Source: Cetorhinus maximus (lineage: Eukaryota). Taken from it: a stretch of DNA of 64,000 bases. The DNA lies in the NCBI RefSeq assembly GCF_964194155.1, contig NC_135906.1, positions 23,312,001 through 23,376,000 of the forward strand, written 5' to 3'. Positions 12,601 through 25,952 of this stretch are shown piece after piece; the first letter of the stretch is position 1; each line of letters begins with the position of its first letter. The notes under the pieces were generated by a model. It made no database searches. It had not been told where the DNA came from and saw only the letters and a program-made list of their open reading frames with translations. The translations under genes were made by a program, and so were the position numbers.

Positions 12601-15355
12601 AGTGGAACAATGGCAATGTCAAATGAGCACATGGACACAGCATTGTTATTGATATGTAAGTTCTGTATGGCCTTTGCGAATGTGAAGGAGTCTTCACTGT
12701 TTGTGGGAAAACTTGATCAAACCTGGTTGTAACAATTCACCAACCATTTAGCCAATTTGTGTACAACCAGTCCTAGATAGGGTGTAGAGGGACATTTGTC
12801 TTGGGCAGCCCATACACATGCAGATGTATCAAGCAGAAGATGAACCCTGTCATATATATCTCTCAGTAACTCATTGCTCTTACACAAGTCCGGCAAGTGT
12901 TTTGGTTTACTTTCGAGCAAGGCTGTTCAGTCATGTTGAGTAGTAGGCCCAATGGATATGAATTTGGACTTGCCATTTAAAAAATCGTGTGCATTTTAAT
13001 CCATCACCGCTTGTGGTTGTTACCCATTATCTTGTCCATTGATGACCCAAGGCTGCAACTAGCTGAGTGAATTGGGTAAAAATGCATGTCAATGTCGTCT
13101 TACCAACTTTTTCAAACTCTAGGAAAGTATGTCGTGTTTTTCTTCTACCCCCTGGATTTCACCTTTGTCTGCCCAACGGAGATCATTGCATTCAGTGACC
13201 GAGCTGCTGACTTTCGCAAGATCAACTGTGAAGTAATCGGTGCTTCCACAGATTCTCACTTCAGCCACTTTGCCTGGTAAGAATTCTGTACTTTCCATTG
13301 GCAATGGGGCTTCTTGATAGCAAGCAGTTTAAGACAGTATTTAAGACCAAACTCCCTTTGGCTTGTTGCTAGCTGTTGACATTATTTGATATTTCATGGT
13401 GAATGACTATTCCTGCCTGTCTCACAGTTTTTGCCCTCCTGCAGCTTTGTCCTGGGCTAATTATCTACTGGATACAGTACAGAACTTTTGGATCTAGAAT
13501 AGATTGGCTGCTTAGGAAATTAAGTCTCCACACCTAGCACTGACATTTAAGATTACCAAATCATTATGGAGCTGAGTTATTAACTTGGTAATTTAGCAGT
13601 GGCACCTTTAAAACTTCAGATCACTTCTTCCTAGAAGGTGGGGAGTGGTAAATGAACTCCATTAGAACAATTAATAGACTTTTCTACTGAGCTCTATTCT
13701 TGAGTTGTGCTGAAAATCTTCTACTTGTAAAGAGATATTGTTTGGACTTGATTTTTGATTTAGGGTGGTGAGATTAATTGCCTTCTGCCAATAAAGGGAG
13801 AAACAACTCCTAGTTAAGTAAACTTGAGTTACAGCTGTACCTCCTCCACCTGTGGGACTGATCATCTTTTGGGCCCCAAATAGATCAACTGCTTTAAACT
13901 GGCCCTGCCAGTTTGTAGCCTGTGAATAGTATGTTAGCTGCCTGAGTATAAACCATTAACATCTAAAAGGAGGTTTCAAAAAAGCATAGTGCATGTTGTC
14001 TCTTAATGACCATGAGTTTGGTGAGTTTGCTTATTTGGGAATTGAGTATTCAATATATCCACATTTTCTTGAATGCAATGAAAGTAGCTTGGCAAAGTAA
14101 GCTGAAACCTGTTGACCGTAGTTGATCTGTTACACCTTTTTCAGGACCAAGACTCCTCGTAAACAGGGTGGTATTGGCCAAATGGATATCCCACTGGTTG
14201 CTGACCTGAATCAGTTAATTTCCAAAGACTATGGTATTCTGAAGGAGGATGAAGGAATTGCTTACAGGTTGGTACAGCACAGACTGGGATCTGGGGTCTC
14301 TAGGCTCCACATTACTTGTAAATTGCCCCCATTGATGTTCCTTGGGCTATTATCTGTTCAGAAACAGAAATGGTCAGTTCTGAAGATTACTGATTGGGAT
14401 TTTAGTGAAGTGTAATAAGCCAGTAAGTTTTTTTTTCATGATGTGCAGAATATCCAAATGAAAAACCCTCCTGTCTTTCATATTTGGTGGTGGTCATACA
14501 GTTTGATTCCAGTGAGGTTTTAAAATGAGGGAAGATATCTCCATTGCCTCAATTCATGTTGAGAAATAGTGGCCAGTGGACTTGAGGGATATTCAAAATT
14601 GAACAGTATTTTTGGGGTGAGCTTTCAGATAAATAACCTAGTAACTTTGTTTCTTTCCCCTATTCAGAGGACTCTTTATTATTGATGATAAAGGAATCCT
14701 GCGGCAGATTACAATCAATGACCTTCCAGTTGGCCGTTCAGTGGATGAGACTCTAAGGCTGGTGCAGGCGTTTCAGTTCACTGACAAACATGGAGAAGGT
14801 GATTTGTATCCCATTACTTGTTCAGACTACTTCATATCACAGATGTTCCATCTTTAATGACTAAATGAAAACTACCAGTTGTACTAGCTGCTGTCTGGCC
14901 TTTGCCATCTCTGCATTTGTGAACTTCAAAAATTTCCACTTGCAAGAATAGTTGCTAGCCAGCTACCTTGCAATGCAACACCTTGCTGATGGTAGCTTTT
15001 GATAAAGTTGTACTTTGATCTAAAACTGGATGTTAATATTTAATTTAGCATGTTCTTGTAGTTGAATGACTTCTTGGCACCTATCATTTTAAGACCTGCT
15101 GAAGTGAAATTGGCCAGAAGGTTCATTTTTAAGGGTGTGGGTGCACATAAATTGATAAAGGGACCTTGGCTGGTAGCCTAGTGACAGTAGTAAGCAGACA
15201 CTACTAGGCTTTGAAATGAAAGGGTCATTTTCATTGGATGAAACTAACATGTTCTCTTGTCATTTCTAGTTTGCCCTGCTGGTTGGAAGCCTGGCCAGGA
15301 CACCATCAAACCTAATTTGAATGACAGCAAAAAGTTTTTCGAGAAACAGTCCTAG
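9592..15355 (+). CDS. prdx2: Typical 2-Cys peroxiredoxin (PRDX1/PRDX2 subfamily), 199 aa; join(9592..9697,13123..13276,14145..14267,14668..14798,15270..15355)
   Basis: Spliced translation [199 protein letters not shown]. Has the peroxidatic FTFVCPTE and resolving EVCPAGW motifs. All introns are GT-AG; exons 106+154+123+131+86=600 nt. The symbol prdx2 rests on synteny with junB; the sequence alone resembles PRDX1. Confidence 0.93.
11050..12990 (-). mobile_element. Degraded Penelope-like element of a second family in peroxiredoxin intron 2
   Basis: Fragments [24 protein letters not shown] (RT) and NVVYEFQ...[13 protein letters not shown] (GIY-YIG-like), with frameshifts. Interrupted by a SINE at about 12000-12140. 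Confidence 0.75.
13123..13276 (+). CDS. prdx2: Peroxiredoxin coding exon (exon 3, peroxidatic Cys)
   Basis: CTCTAG|GA acceptor; [22 protein letters not shown]...HFAW; donor TG|GTAAG. Confidence 0.95.
14145..14267 (+). CDS. prdx2: Peroxiredoxin coding exon (exon 4)
   Basis: TTTTTCAG|G acceptor; [20 protein letters not shown]...EGIAYR; donor AG|GTTGG. Confidence 0.93.
14668..14798 (+). CDS. prdx2: Peroxiredoxin coding exon (exon 5)
   Basis: TATTCAG|A acceptor; [43 protein letters not shown]; donor G|GTGAT. Confidence 0.95.
15270..15355 (+). CDS. prdx2: Peroxiredoxin last coding exon (exon 6, resolving Cys)
   Basis: TTTCTAG|TT acceptor; [28 protein letters not shown] followed by TAG. Confidence 0.95.
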
Positions 15356-15538
15356 ATGTTTGATCCAATCCTAGTTATGGAGGATTAAATAATGAAAACA
15401 TTGTATTTTTGTTATGTGGGCACTTATGAAGACCTAATGTAGATTGCACACCAAGATGTTGAATTACCAGTATTTCTTCTGTGCTCAAAGTGACGAGGTC
15501 CAGTCATGTTCTTGTAAAATGTTTTTTTACTGTGCCAG

Positions 15539-15544
15539 AATAAA
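15539..15544 (+). terminator. Candidate polyadenylation signal of the peroxiredoxin (AATAAA; alternative ATTAAA at 15384-15389)
   Basis: First canonical AATAAA downstream of the stop codon. Confidence 0.5.
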
Positions 15545-18330
15545 ACTTGGGATTGAAGTGCAGAACTGCCTTTGGATCTAATGCTTGGCTCAATTGGAGC
15601 CTGGTTTGCAGGCAGCACCCTGTAGCTAATTGAATGTATTAAAATAATTACTTTAATGGCAGAGCCAATATTGGATCACTTATACCACCAGGTCACAGTA
15701 CATATGTTGGAACTTAATCTTCCACACAAGCTAACAATTCTACATCAGCGATTGAGGCATTCTTGGGTACGCAGTGCCACAGTAGTGAGGACATGATGAC
15801 TAGTGAAATTGAGCCAAGGTGGCTCTGCATTGACTTTCCCTAGAACTCGACCTAGATGAGCACTTGAAACACCATCAGCATTCAGGGCTACAGGCCAAAT
15901 GCTGGAAAAAGGGATTAAAATAGCTGGCACAGACATGATGGGCTGAAGGGCCTGTTTCTGTGCTGTATGACTCTGGCTAACTCCAGGAAACTTGATCAGC
16001 CATCTTTAATGCAACTAAGGATAAAGTTCCTGGTGATCCTAAGTGTTCAGGAAAGACTCTACAGGTCCATCGGCAGCTAGAGGGTGGACATTTCAAGTCC
16101 AATATGCCTGAGTCTGAGGAGTCCTACTGGATTTGAAACATTCATTCTTTTCTCTCGCTCCAGCTCTGAAGTTCCTATGCTAGCAGCAGATAGCCCTGAA
16201 AGTCAATGCCTTGGTGCAAAGGTCAGCGACCTTTCAGAAGTGGTATGCTAAGTCTTCATTTATTCACTGTAAGGATTTTGCATGCCAGTAATAGACCTCA
16301 AATTTATACGGTCTCATCAAAACAAAGGGTGCCAATCTTGCCACAAATTAGCCAGGTTTGCTGTTGTGAAATACAATGTCATAAGCACTGCCCATCTCTT
16401 CTAGCAATCCTTAAAGCTGAGAGTCAAAGCAGATCGAGTAAGAAGGAAATTCACGTCACTGGATTCATTACATTAATTCTGAATTGAAATTTTAGCGCAC
16501 AGGCTTTCTTAATAGATAGTCAAATTTGACTGTTGGGTTGCTGATTTTTGATCTTCAAGTAACTTTAAATCCCCTGATGGCAGGAGTACCATCTGGTGCC
16601 CCACACTTTCTGATATCAACACTTCATTCTTCAAAGTGGCTTAACAAAAGTTTCCACTGTATACTCCCACCCCCACCCTCCCCAAGCCCCCTTGTGCCAT
16701 GCGAGAGTTTTGGGCAACGAACTTCCTTTTGGGCAACAAACTTCCTTTCATGAGAAGCACAATATTTTGCAACAGCTGTCAAACCTGGAATGTAATTTAT
16801 ATCCACGCTCTCATTACTAACCACAGTCTATTAACAGTTGTCTGCTTTTGTTAACGTTCTTGCCACTCCACTTAAGGGTGTCTCAATGGTTTTCAGATGG
16901 GCAGTTTTTATTCTCAGTATGATTGCCTTTATTTGGCAAATTATTCAATATAACCTCTTTCCTAACTGCTGAGGAAAGGCTTTTATAATTCCCCATCTGT
17001 AAATGGCTTTTTTGCTATGCAATGCACTGCAATTTTGTAATTTCCTTGTTTCCTTCTGTGACTTGGTTTTTTTTAAAAATTGCTTTGATCTTTTTGAATG
17101 ATTCAGTCGTGTCCACTTCAAGAAAGGGTTTTTTTGTGCTTTGTTTGAAGGTAGTGCTGAACATTTGACATGCAACAAACAATCCTTTCGTGACAGACCG
17201 TCCTTATAAATAAATCCAAGTTTGTCTGAGAAGGCTGAAGTGAACAGACATCTAACTTTGCTTTCTTAGAAACTGATATTTTGTCAAATGTGCCCCTCCA
17301 ATTTACAGTGGAAAGTTCACAACCAGTGACATCACAACATCAAACACACCACACTCCTCCTTGCTACACGATACTGATGTAAGCAGGAAATTGGGACTTT
17401 AAAATATCCCAGTAATGAATAAAACACAGCAATTACTATTTAAACTCTATACATCTTTTATCAATGCATATACCTTCTTGTGATGAGTAAATGACAATTA
17501 ATTTTTAGAACTTTTTGTGTGCACTCCTTTAGTACATGTGCTGTAGATTGTGAGCCTCTGCCTTAATGGCTAGTTGATTCCAGCTACAAAAGTACTACAA
17601 CCCCCCAGCTATGTACTTAATGTATAGCTCTGCTAGCCTCAACCTAACCTCCTTGGACCCATAAGTGGAGTGTTCAGTTTGTATTGCAGATACAGTTCTA
17701 CAAGGGTAGGTTTACACCTTGAAAGTTTGGTGCCAGATTAAGTGAGTTCAATGTCGTGAGCACTCAACGCATTGAACGGTGCTCAACTTCTGAAATCCAG
17801 AATGCAGTGACAAAGAATAAGACGTTGGTCAGTTTTACTTCGTTACATTGGACATTTTGCCACCTGCAACTGAAAATGGGACACCATACCTTCAGTCATA
17901 CTTAAGTAAGCATTAAAAATGCCATGAGAACTAGACTAGTAGGTAGGCATAGCTCAGTGCTATTGGGTGACCTTTTTCACAGGTGTAGACAACATTAACT
18001 AGTGGCAGGCAGTTTGCCAACAAGATTAAAACTTGGGAGCCTAAAGTCACTTGTGCCATCACTCCACTCAAGTAGGCAGTTACCTGTAGAGTTCTGTCAG
18101 GATAGAGATGGGGGGAGGGGAGAGAAGAAACAAGAAATTCCAGAGTTTGCTACACTTCAGTCTGGTTGGTCATCACCAGAGTTTTCTTGAAGGCAAGGCA
18201 TCTTGTTTTCAATCAGATCACACGATAAGCAAGGCGGCTTTCGTGAATTTCAGCTGCTGTATGTAATATGCAAATAATTTCTATTGGAACACTGTTGCTA
18301 TGGAAACAAATCTGTTCAAGGGATTGTTCA

Positions 18331-20065
18331 AAGATAAAAACAAAAAACTGCGGATGCTGGAAATCCAAAACAAAAACAGAAATAACTGGAAAAACTCTGC
18401 AGGTCTGACAGCATCGGCGGAGAAGAGCAAAGTTCTTCAACAGAACTAAGTAGAAATACTTAGGGGTGAAATATAAGCTGGTTTAAGGCGGGGGGGGGGA
18501 GAGAAGAGGGGGGTTGTTGGGACAAGCAAGCAGTGATAGGAGGAGATAACCAAAAGATGTCACAGACAAAAGAACAAAGGTGATGATATTATCTAAAAGA
18601 ATGTGCTAATTAAGAGTGGAGAGCAGGACAAGCAAGGTAGCTCTAGTGGGGGTGGGGTGAAATAAACGATGGGTGGAATACATTTAAAAATAATGGAAAT
18701 AGGTGGGAAAAGAAAAATCTATATAAATTATTGGAAAAAACAAAAAGGAGGGGGAAGAAACGGAAAGGGGGTAGGGATGGAGGAGGGAGTTCAAGATCTA
18801 AAGTTGTTGAACTCAATATTCAATCCGGAAGGCTCTAAAGTGCCTAGTCGGAAGATGAGGTGCTGTTCCTCCAGTTTGCGTTGAGCTTCACTGGAACAAT
18901 GCAGCAAGCCAAGGACAGACATGTGGGCATGAGAGCAGGGTGGAGTGTTAAAATGGCAAGCGACAGGGAGGTCTGGGTAATGCTTGTGGACAGACCGAAG
19001 GTGTTCTGCAAAGCGGTCACTCAGTCTGCATTTGGTCTCTCCAATGTAGAGGAAACCGCATTGGGAGCAACGAATGCAGTAGACCAAGTTGGGGGAAATG
19101 CAAGTGAAATGCTGCTTCACTGGAAAGGAGAGTTTGGGCCCTTGGACAGTGAGGAGAGAGGAAGTGAAGGGGCAGGTGTTGCATATTCTGTGTTTGTATG
19201 GGGAGGTGCTGTAGGAGGGGGTTGAGGAGTAGGGGGTGATGGAGGAGTGGACCAGGGTGTCACGGAGGGAACGATCCCTACGGAATGCATTTCCCCCAAC
19301 TTAGTCTACTGCATTCGCTGCTCCCAATGCGGTTTCCTTTACATTGGAGAGACCAAATGCAGACTGGGTGACCGCTTTGCAGAACACCTTCGGTCTGTCC
19401 GCAAGCATTATCCAGACCTCCCTGTCGCTTGCCATTTTAACACTCCACCCTGCTCTCTTGCCCACATGTCTGTCCTTGGCTTGCTGCATTGTTCCAGTGA
19501 AGCTCAACGCAAACTGGAGGAACAGCACCTCATCTTCCGACTAGGCACTTTACAGCCTTCCGGACTGAATATTGAGTTCAACAACTTTAGATCTTGAACT
19601 TCCTCCTCCATCCCCACCCCCTTTCCGTTCCTTCCCCCTCCTTTTTGTTTTTTCCAATAATTTATATAGATTTTTCTTTTCCCACCTATTTCCATTATTT
19701 TTAAATGTATTCCACCCATCGTTTATTTCACCCCACTCCCACTAGAGCTACCTTGCTTGTCCTGCTCTCCACTCTTAATTAGCACATTCTTTTAGATAAT
19801 ATCACCACCTTCAACACCTCTTTGTCCTTTTGTCTGTGACATCTTTTGGTTATCTCCTCCTATCACTGCTTGCTTGTCCCAACAACCCCCCACCCCCCTT
19901 CTCTTCCCCCATCCACCCCCCCCTCTTAAACCAGCTTATATTTCACCCTTTTCCTATTTCTACTTAGTTCTGTTGAAGGGTCATGAGGACTCGAAACGTC
20001 AACTTTGCTCTTCTCCGCCGATGCTGCCAGACCTGCTGAGTTTTTCCAGGTATTTCTGTTTTTGT
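18331..20065. mobile_element. Palindromic Penelope-like insertion (inverted GIY-YIG 3' end plus pLTR on both arms)
   Basis: Arms at about 18360-19102 (-) and 19286-20065 (+) encode the same GIY-YIG peptide. 13-bp TSD AAGGGATTGTTCA at 18318-18330 and 20066-20078. Confidence 0.92.
19966..20004 (+). ncRNA. Minimal hammerhead ribozyme motif, CUGUUGA core variant
   Basis: AGTT-CTGTTGA-A-GGGTC-ATGAG-GACTC-GAAACGTC-AACT. Confidence 0.6.
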
Positions 20066-20705
20066 AAGGGATTGTTCATGTCTGCTGGAGGAGATTTTAT
20101 TTCTCCCTAAGCTATAGCTTTTTGAAACCAGGGTCTGAGGGGTTAAAAATATCAACTTTCTGTCTGTTATCTCCCATGCCCAGCCACTCCAATGCTCCCT
20201 TGGCTAACCTCCCACTTTTTAACCTCCATAAACTTGAGCTCATCCTAACACTCACCAAGTGCAATTCATCTATCACCCCTGTGCCCACTGATCTACATTT
20301 CCAATCCTCGTTTTGGAATCCCTCCATGGCCTCATCCCTCCCCATCTCTCTAATCTCCTACAGTCCTTGGATCTCTGGGCTCTCTTAGATCCCTGCTTCC
20401 AGAGTCTGCTTGAGCCTGAGCAAGTAGCCAGAGAAAGAGATAGAGTCTGTGACATGAGAGTGGAATTTGTGACAGGAGCCTTAAACATTTAACTGTTCAC
20501 TTCCCAACATGCAGTTGGAGGAAAAGTGCAACAAAAAAAAAATAACTTGCATTTCCATAGCATCTTTCACATCCACAGGTTGTCCCAAAGCCCCTTACAG
20601 CCAAATAGCACATTTGAAATGTAGCCACTTACAGGTTTCATGGCAGCCAAATTGTGCACAACAAGCTCCCACAAACGATAATGACCAGATAATGTTTTTT
20701 GTGTT

Positions 20706-20837
20706 AAAAGCAAAAAAACTGCGGATGCTGGAAATCCAAAACAAAAATAAAAATACCTGGAAAAACTCAGCAGGTCTGACAGCATCTGCGGAGAGGAACA
20801 CAGTTAACGTTTTGAGTCTGTGTGACTCTTCAACAGA
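20706..20837 (-). mobile_element. Penelope pLTR tail fragment (hammerhead motif plus tail) inserted in a DeuSINE
   Basis: Same tail as the other copies. 9-bp TSD TTTTGTGTT at 20697-20705 and 20838-20846. Confidence 0.8.
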
Positions 20838-21499
20838 TTTTGTGTTGTTGGTTAAGGGCCAGGACACCAGGGAGAACTATCCTGTCTTCTTCAAAATAGT
20901 GCCATGGAATTGTTTATATTCATCAGAGAGGGCAGACGGGGCCACAGAAGCTGTGACCTAACCATGACTGACGGTGTGGAGGTGATTGTGGAGTCAAGGG
21001 AGGTGATGGTCAGGTTGAGTCAAGTGGTGCCATCACCGTATCAGTGGAAGCTGACTCTAGACCTAATGGATCAGTGGGTAGTGGCAGAGCCCAGAAGAAG
21101 AGGCTGCAGACGGTGCCAAACATGGGCCCGGGGGGGCTAGACGGGGCCAGGCTAGGTGTTACAATTGGGGTCCTCAAGTTTTGCACATGCAGCAGCCAGA
21201 GATGTAGACCTGGAAGACAGGGTTTAACAAAATATCGGAACTATCAGCCTGAAGGTTCGATTTTTTTAAAGCTGGTCTGTCAGGTCAGTTTCACTAGTTA
21301 CTGCGTTGCTGCTTCTGATCTTTGTGCAGCTTTGCGGTTCCCTTTTTTTTTTTAGTTTTTGAAAAGCCCACCAGAAAACCACAAAGCTGCCTGTAGGTCA
21401 TTAGCAGAGCAGCAACTGTCTGGAGAATGCTCTCAGTTAAAAAATGCTAAGTGAACTCCATTGTAATTTTACAACCAAATGGATGCTGTGTGTATGTGT

Positions 21500-21817
21500 G
21501 GGGTGGGGAGGAGAAGGTTGGGGGGAGGTTGAAGGGATGGAGGTTGGTGGGTGGGGGGATGGGGGTGGTTGAAGGGGGCGCAGGGGCGTTTGGAGGGGTT
21601 GCGGGAACTGAAAGGGGGCTATTGGGGGAGGTAGGAGGGCGTTTGGGGAGGTTGGAGGGGTTGCGGGGAGGTTAGAGGGGTGGAGTGGAGGTTGGGGGGG
21701 TCGGTGGGAGATTGAGGGGGGAGGGGGTGGGGGTAGGTTGGGGGAAGGGGGTAGGTGGTGGGGAAAGGTTGAGGTTTTGGGGGGAGGTTGGAGGGGAGTT
21801 GAGGGTGGGAGGGGGGG
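21500..21817. repeat. G-rich low-complexity tract (G-quadruplex prone)
   Basis: Dozens of G3-G7 runs with short loops. Confidence 0.8.
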
Positions 21818-24800
21818 TTCACTTTTAAGGATTAGTGCCACAAAATTAAATACTGTACACTTCTCAAATGTTTCTTTCAAATTTAAACCAGCATATATAC
21901 TGCAGTCTAAATTTTTACTATGCCCTAAAGTAGTCACAATTCTGATGAAATGCTGTGTTAATGTACCAGAGGCTTGAGAAGCTTGGGCCTCATCAAAATA
22001 AATGTAAGAAACTAAAATTTGGGAGCGATGCAAAACAGGGTGTTGACTGCCTGTCGCCCATTTTATTACTCTTGGAAAATTTGGGAATGAAATCCCTATT
22101 TATCACTAGGAGATTGCTTAAAGGAAGGTTTTTCAAATCTCTACTCCATTCTAGGTTCACCCCACCCTGCACCATTCTGTTTATAATCGAGCAGAAGGTG
22201 GTCACACTGTGGGACTAAAATTTCTCTTGGGGGGGTGGGGGGGCAAGGATTTCTGAGCATCCCTTGTAATTTTTGCAAAAAAAAAAATTCATTGAAGTCT
22301 CAGAGAAACAGCATGAAGGGCTTTTACCATAAGGGGTCTTTATAGAAACCCAATCCTATGACTTAAGTGCTTATAGAAATGTTTTCTCTCAGGATTTTGC
22401 TGTCACACTCTTTTTCTGCTGTTGGAGTTCCTTATTTACATTTACATTTGATTTTTAATTACATTTTTTCACTTAAATTGCCTGTTTCCCTCACACCTCA
22501 AACAATTAGAATTATTTTAAATGCTATTTGCACATTTATTTAACACAAATATAATTCAACATCATATGAAATCTGTGGATAGGCCATAAATTCACAGTGT
22601 ACAGTGGGTTGGCACCAGAGAAGCCTGAATGGTAAGGTTGTATTATCTACAGAGTTGAATTGTTTCATAAATGTAGTGATTTCTTTGTAGCTACTTTCCT
22701 AACATCAGTTAATTGCTCTGTGATTAATTATCCCTTAGAGACTCAGCATTAGGCCTCCAATTTCACCATTTCTACAGTCACTCTGCCTACTTCATGTAGG
22801 TGTAATGAAAGAAATACAAAACCTACATTTATACAACACCTTTCACAATGTCCCAAATCGCATTACAGTCAATTAAGTACTTTTGAGTTGTAGTCACTGG
22901 TATAATGTAGGCAATGTTACCAAATGGCAGAGTAGGCTCGAGGCACCGAATGGCCTACTCCTCATCCAAACATGTATGTTTGTATGTCATTATGGGATGG
23001 ATGAGATGAACTGGGTGAGATAGCCTTTGTCATCCATAATTATCTTGCGAACGGAGGATGGAATCATGGCTGGAGTTCTGTTTATTTTGTTGCTAATGGA
23101 AGCTCAGTGTGAGCGGGCTTTGTGGGGTGAAATTGCCAGGGCAGGAGTGCATAATGGGCTCATAGTGAATCAGTAACCTGTTTTACACTGCACATGATTC
23201 TCAAGAGTGTTTTTCATTAACTTCAATTTTGTCCTTTTGTCTACTTATCTATTATCCCACTCTATCTTGGTGCTTTTGTGAATTTTTTGATGTACTGAAA
23301 TACCGTGATAAAGTTGAGTTGCATAAATTTGCAAATATATTGTAGTGAGAAGCAGCAATCAGCAGAGCCCTCAGACTTGCTGATCAAGAAAACACCAATA
23401 CAACTGTGTACCATTCAGTCTTTGTCCTCTGGCCTCTTTTTTTTATTTTGTCATGGAACATGGATGTTACTGGTTAGGCCAGCATTTATTGTCCATCCCT
23501 AATTGCCCTTGAGAAGGTGGTGATGAGCTGCTTTCTTGAACCACTGCAGTCCATGTGGTGTAGGTACACCCACAGTGCTGTTTGGAAGGGAGTTCCAAGA
23601 TTTTGTCCCAGCGACAGTGGAGGAACGGCAATATAGTTCCAAGTCAGGATGGTGTGTAGCATGGATGGGTACTTGAAGGTGGTGGTGTTCCCATGTATCT
23701 GCTGCCCATGTCAATATAGGTAGTAGAGGTTGCTGGTTTGGAAGGTGCTTTCGAAGGACCCTCGTTGAGTTGCTCCAGTGCATCTTGTAGATGGTACACA
23801 CTGCTACCACTGTGTGTCAGTGGTGAAGAAAGTGGATGTTGAAGGTGGTGGATGAAGTACTAATCAAATGGGCTGCTTTGTCCTAGACAGTATCCAGTGT
23901 TGTTGGAGCTGCACTCATCCAGGCAAGTCAATGTGTTGTGTCACACAGAGACACCTGAGGGCTCCAGCACTTCTCGCTGATAGTGAAGACCTATGTTGTT
24001 CAATCATTCCACTCTGCTGCTCAGAAGTCATGTGATCTTTCTACCCTATTAGATTACTGATAAAATAGAATCCAACTGCACCCCTGTATGAAATAATTAG
24101 ATTAAATAATATCATGCACCGAGGCAGAAGGAAGTCTTCTTCTACTTCTACAGAATGGAAAAGATCTTGTGCAGATTTTCTAGTTGCAAGTCTTGAATCT
24201 TTCCCCAAATATGAATTTACTGTCACTGTTTGCATATGGTGCAATGTACAGAACATGTTAATGAGGGCTGATACAGTCACTGAAATCAATGTTATCATCT
24301 GCACAGTGTTATAAATAAGCAGTGGGATATTTTCCTGTCAAATTAACAATATTGCATGATGCTGTTAAAGTAAAATTTGTATTCTCTGGTTTGTTTAATA
24401 GTCATGGTAGGACCATCTATAGGGTGCACCCAAACTAACACTGCATTGCATTGTTGCTGCTCTTAATATTAATGACCCATGTTGCATATGTATATTGGAC
24501 GATATTTGTAACCAGGTGCCAACAATGGACGTTATCATTTTACCAGGACCTTTCTCTGATTGTTTGGTGAGTCTTGAAAGGGGAAAAAGTATCATGTATG
24601 ATTACAGGGGATGGTTAAAGTTGTGGGGCGGGGGGGGTGGGGAATAAGGGGCCCGGAAACAGGAGAAGCACTGGGGCCCATGATTTCTCTCCTTGGCCCT
24701 GGGTAGTGATATTGTGCCTGGGCCATAAGGAACAAGATCCCAAATTCTATTCCTGTTTTGTGTTGCATCAATTGAGGGCAGTGGGAACACAAAAATGGCC

Positions 24801-25952
24801 TGAGTGTTCCTGGGCTAAGCAAAGAGCAAATTACCCAGGCTCTCAGCTGATTGTTATTCAGCGATCTGTGCTGGGAAGTAGATATTAGGTCAGGATAAAA
24901 TTTGGTTCTCAGGGGCTCTTCCTACCCTAATTGTTAACATTAATGAGTTAATTAAAACTACCAAAGACCAGCAAAACATTTGCCATAAGATTAGTATCTT
25001 TTTTGCAAGGGTCCTTCCCATCCCATCACTCTCATGCCGTACCCATCCCATTCCTATCATCTCTCTCATATTCCCAGCCCATTTTTTCCCTTCTTCCTAT
25101 GACATCCTTATCTCCCATGCCAACCTTCCCATGCCATCCCAAACTCATCTCCCATTCTATCCCTGCCATTCCACCGCTCCATGCTGCCCCCATCTTCTGC
25201 TGCCATCAGCCATTGGCAACCGGAGATGCGTCATGCACCCCAGTCCTCCGTGAGTCCCACATACACCGGACTCAGCCCACCAAATGAACCCACTGACCAA
25301 TCAGGATCACACAATGGTTACAGCACAGAAGGAGGCCATTCAGCCCAATGTCCATGTCTGCTTTTTGCAACTGCCACTCAGCTAGTCCCGTTCTCTGCCT
25401 TTTTCTCGCAGCCCTGCAAGGTTATTTGTCTTCAGATAATTATCCAATTCCTTTTTGAAAGCCACAATTACACCGAAGTTATCTTGTCTCAACAATGCAG
25501 GCAAGATAAAATATTATCACAATAGATTATAATACATTTTTTCAGAAACACAGTGGATGAAACCACATGAAGAGCGGAAATCAATTAGGTTAATTCTTCC
25601 CCTCCTCTTCCTGAAAGCACTTCCTCATGCCAGGGCTGATCATCCTCACCACACTAGCATTCTTCATGTCTAAGTCTTAATGGTGAAGAATAAGAGGAAT
25701 TGCTTGTATAAAGCACCCTTCATGCTACCAGTACCTGTCAAAGTGCTTCAAGCCAACAAGGTTCCTTTGAAGTATAGCCACTGTTTACTATTCACTGGCA
25801 GCAGCCAGCTTACAAACATCAATGAGATGAATGGGCAAGTAATTTGGCCAGAACATGTGGGGATAACTCCTCTGCTCTTTATCACATAGTTGCTGTGGGA
25901 TCTTTGGCATCCATCTGAGGACAGATGAGGCTTTGGTTTAACATCTCTTCTG

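Noticed and set aside
21437-22033. 198-aa Pro-rich ORF
   Set aside because: Translation of the G-rich low-complexity tract.
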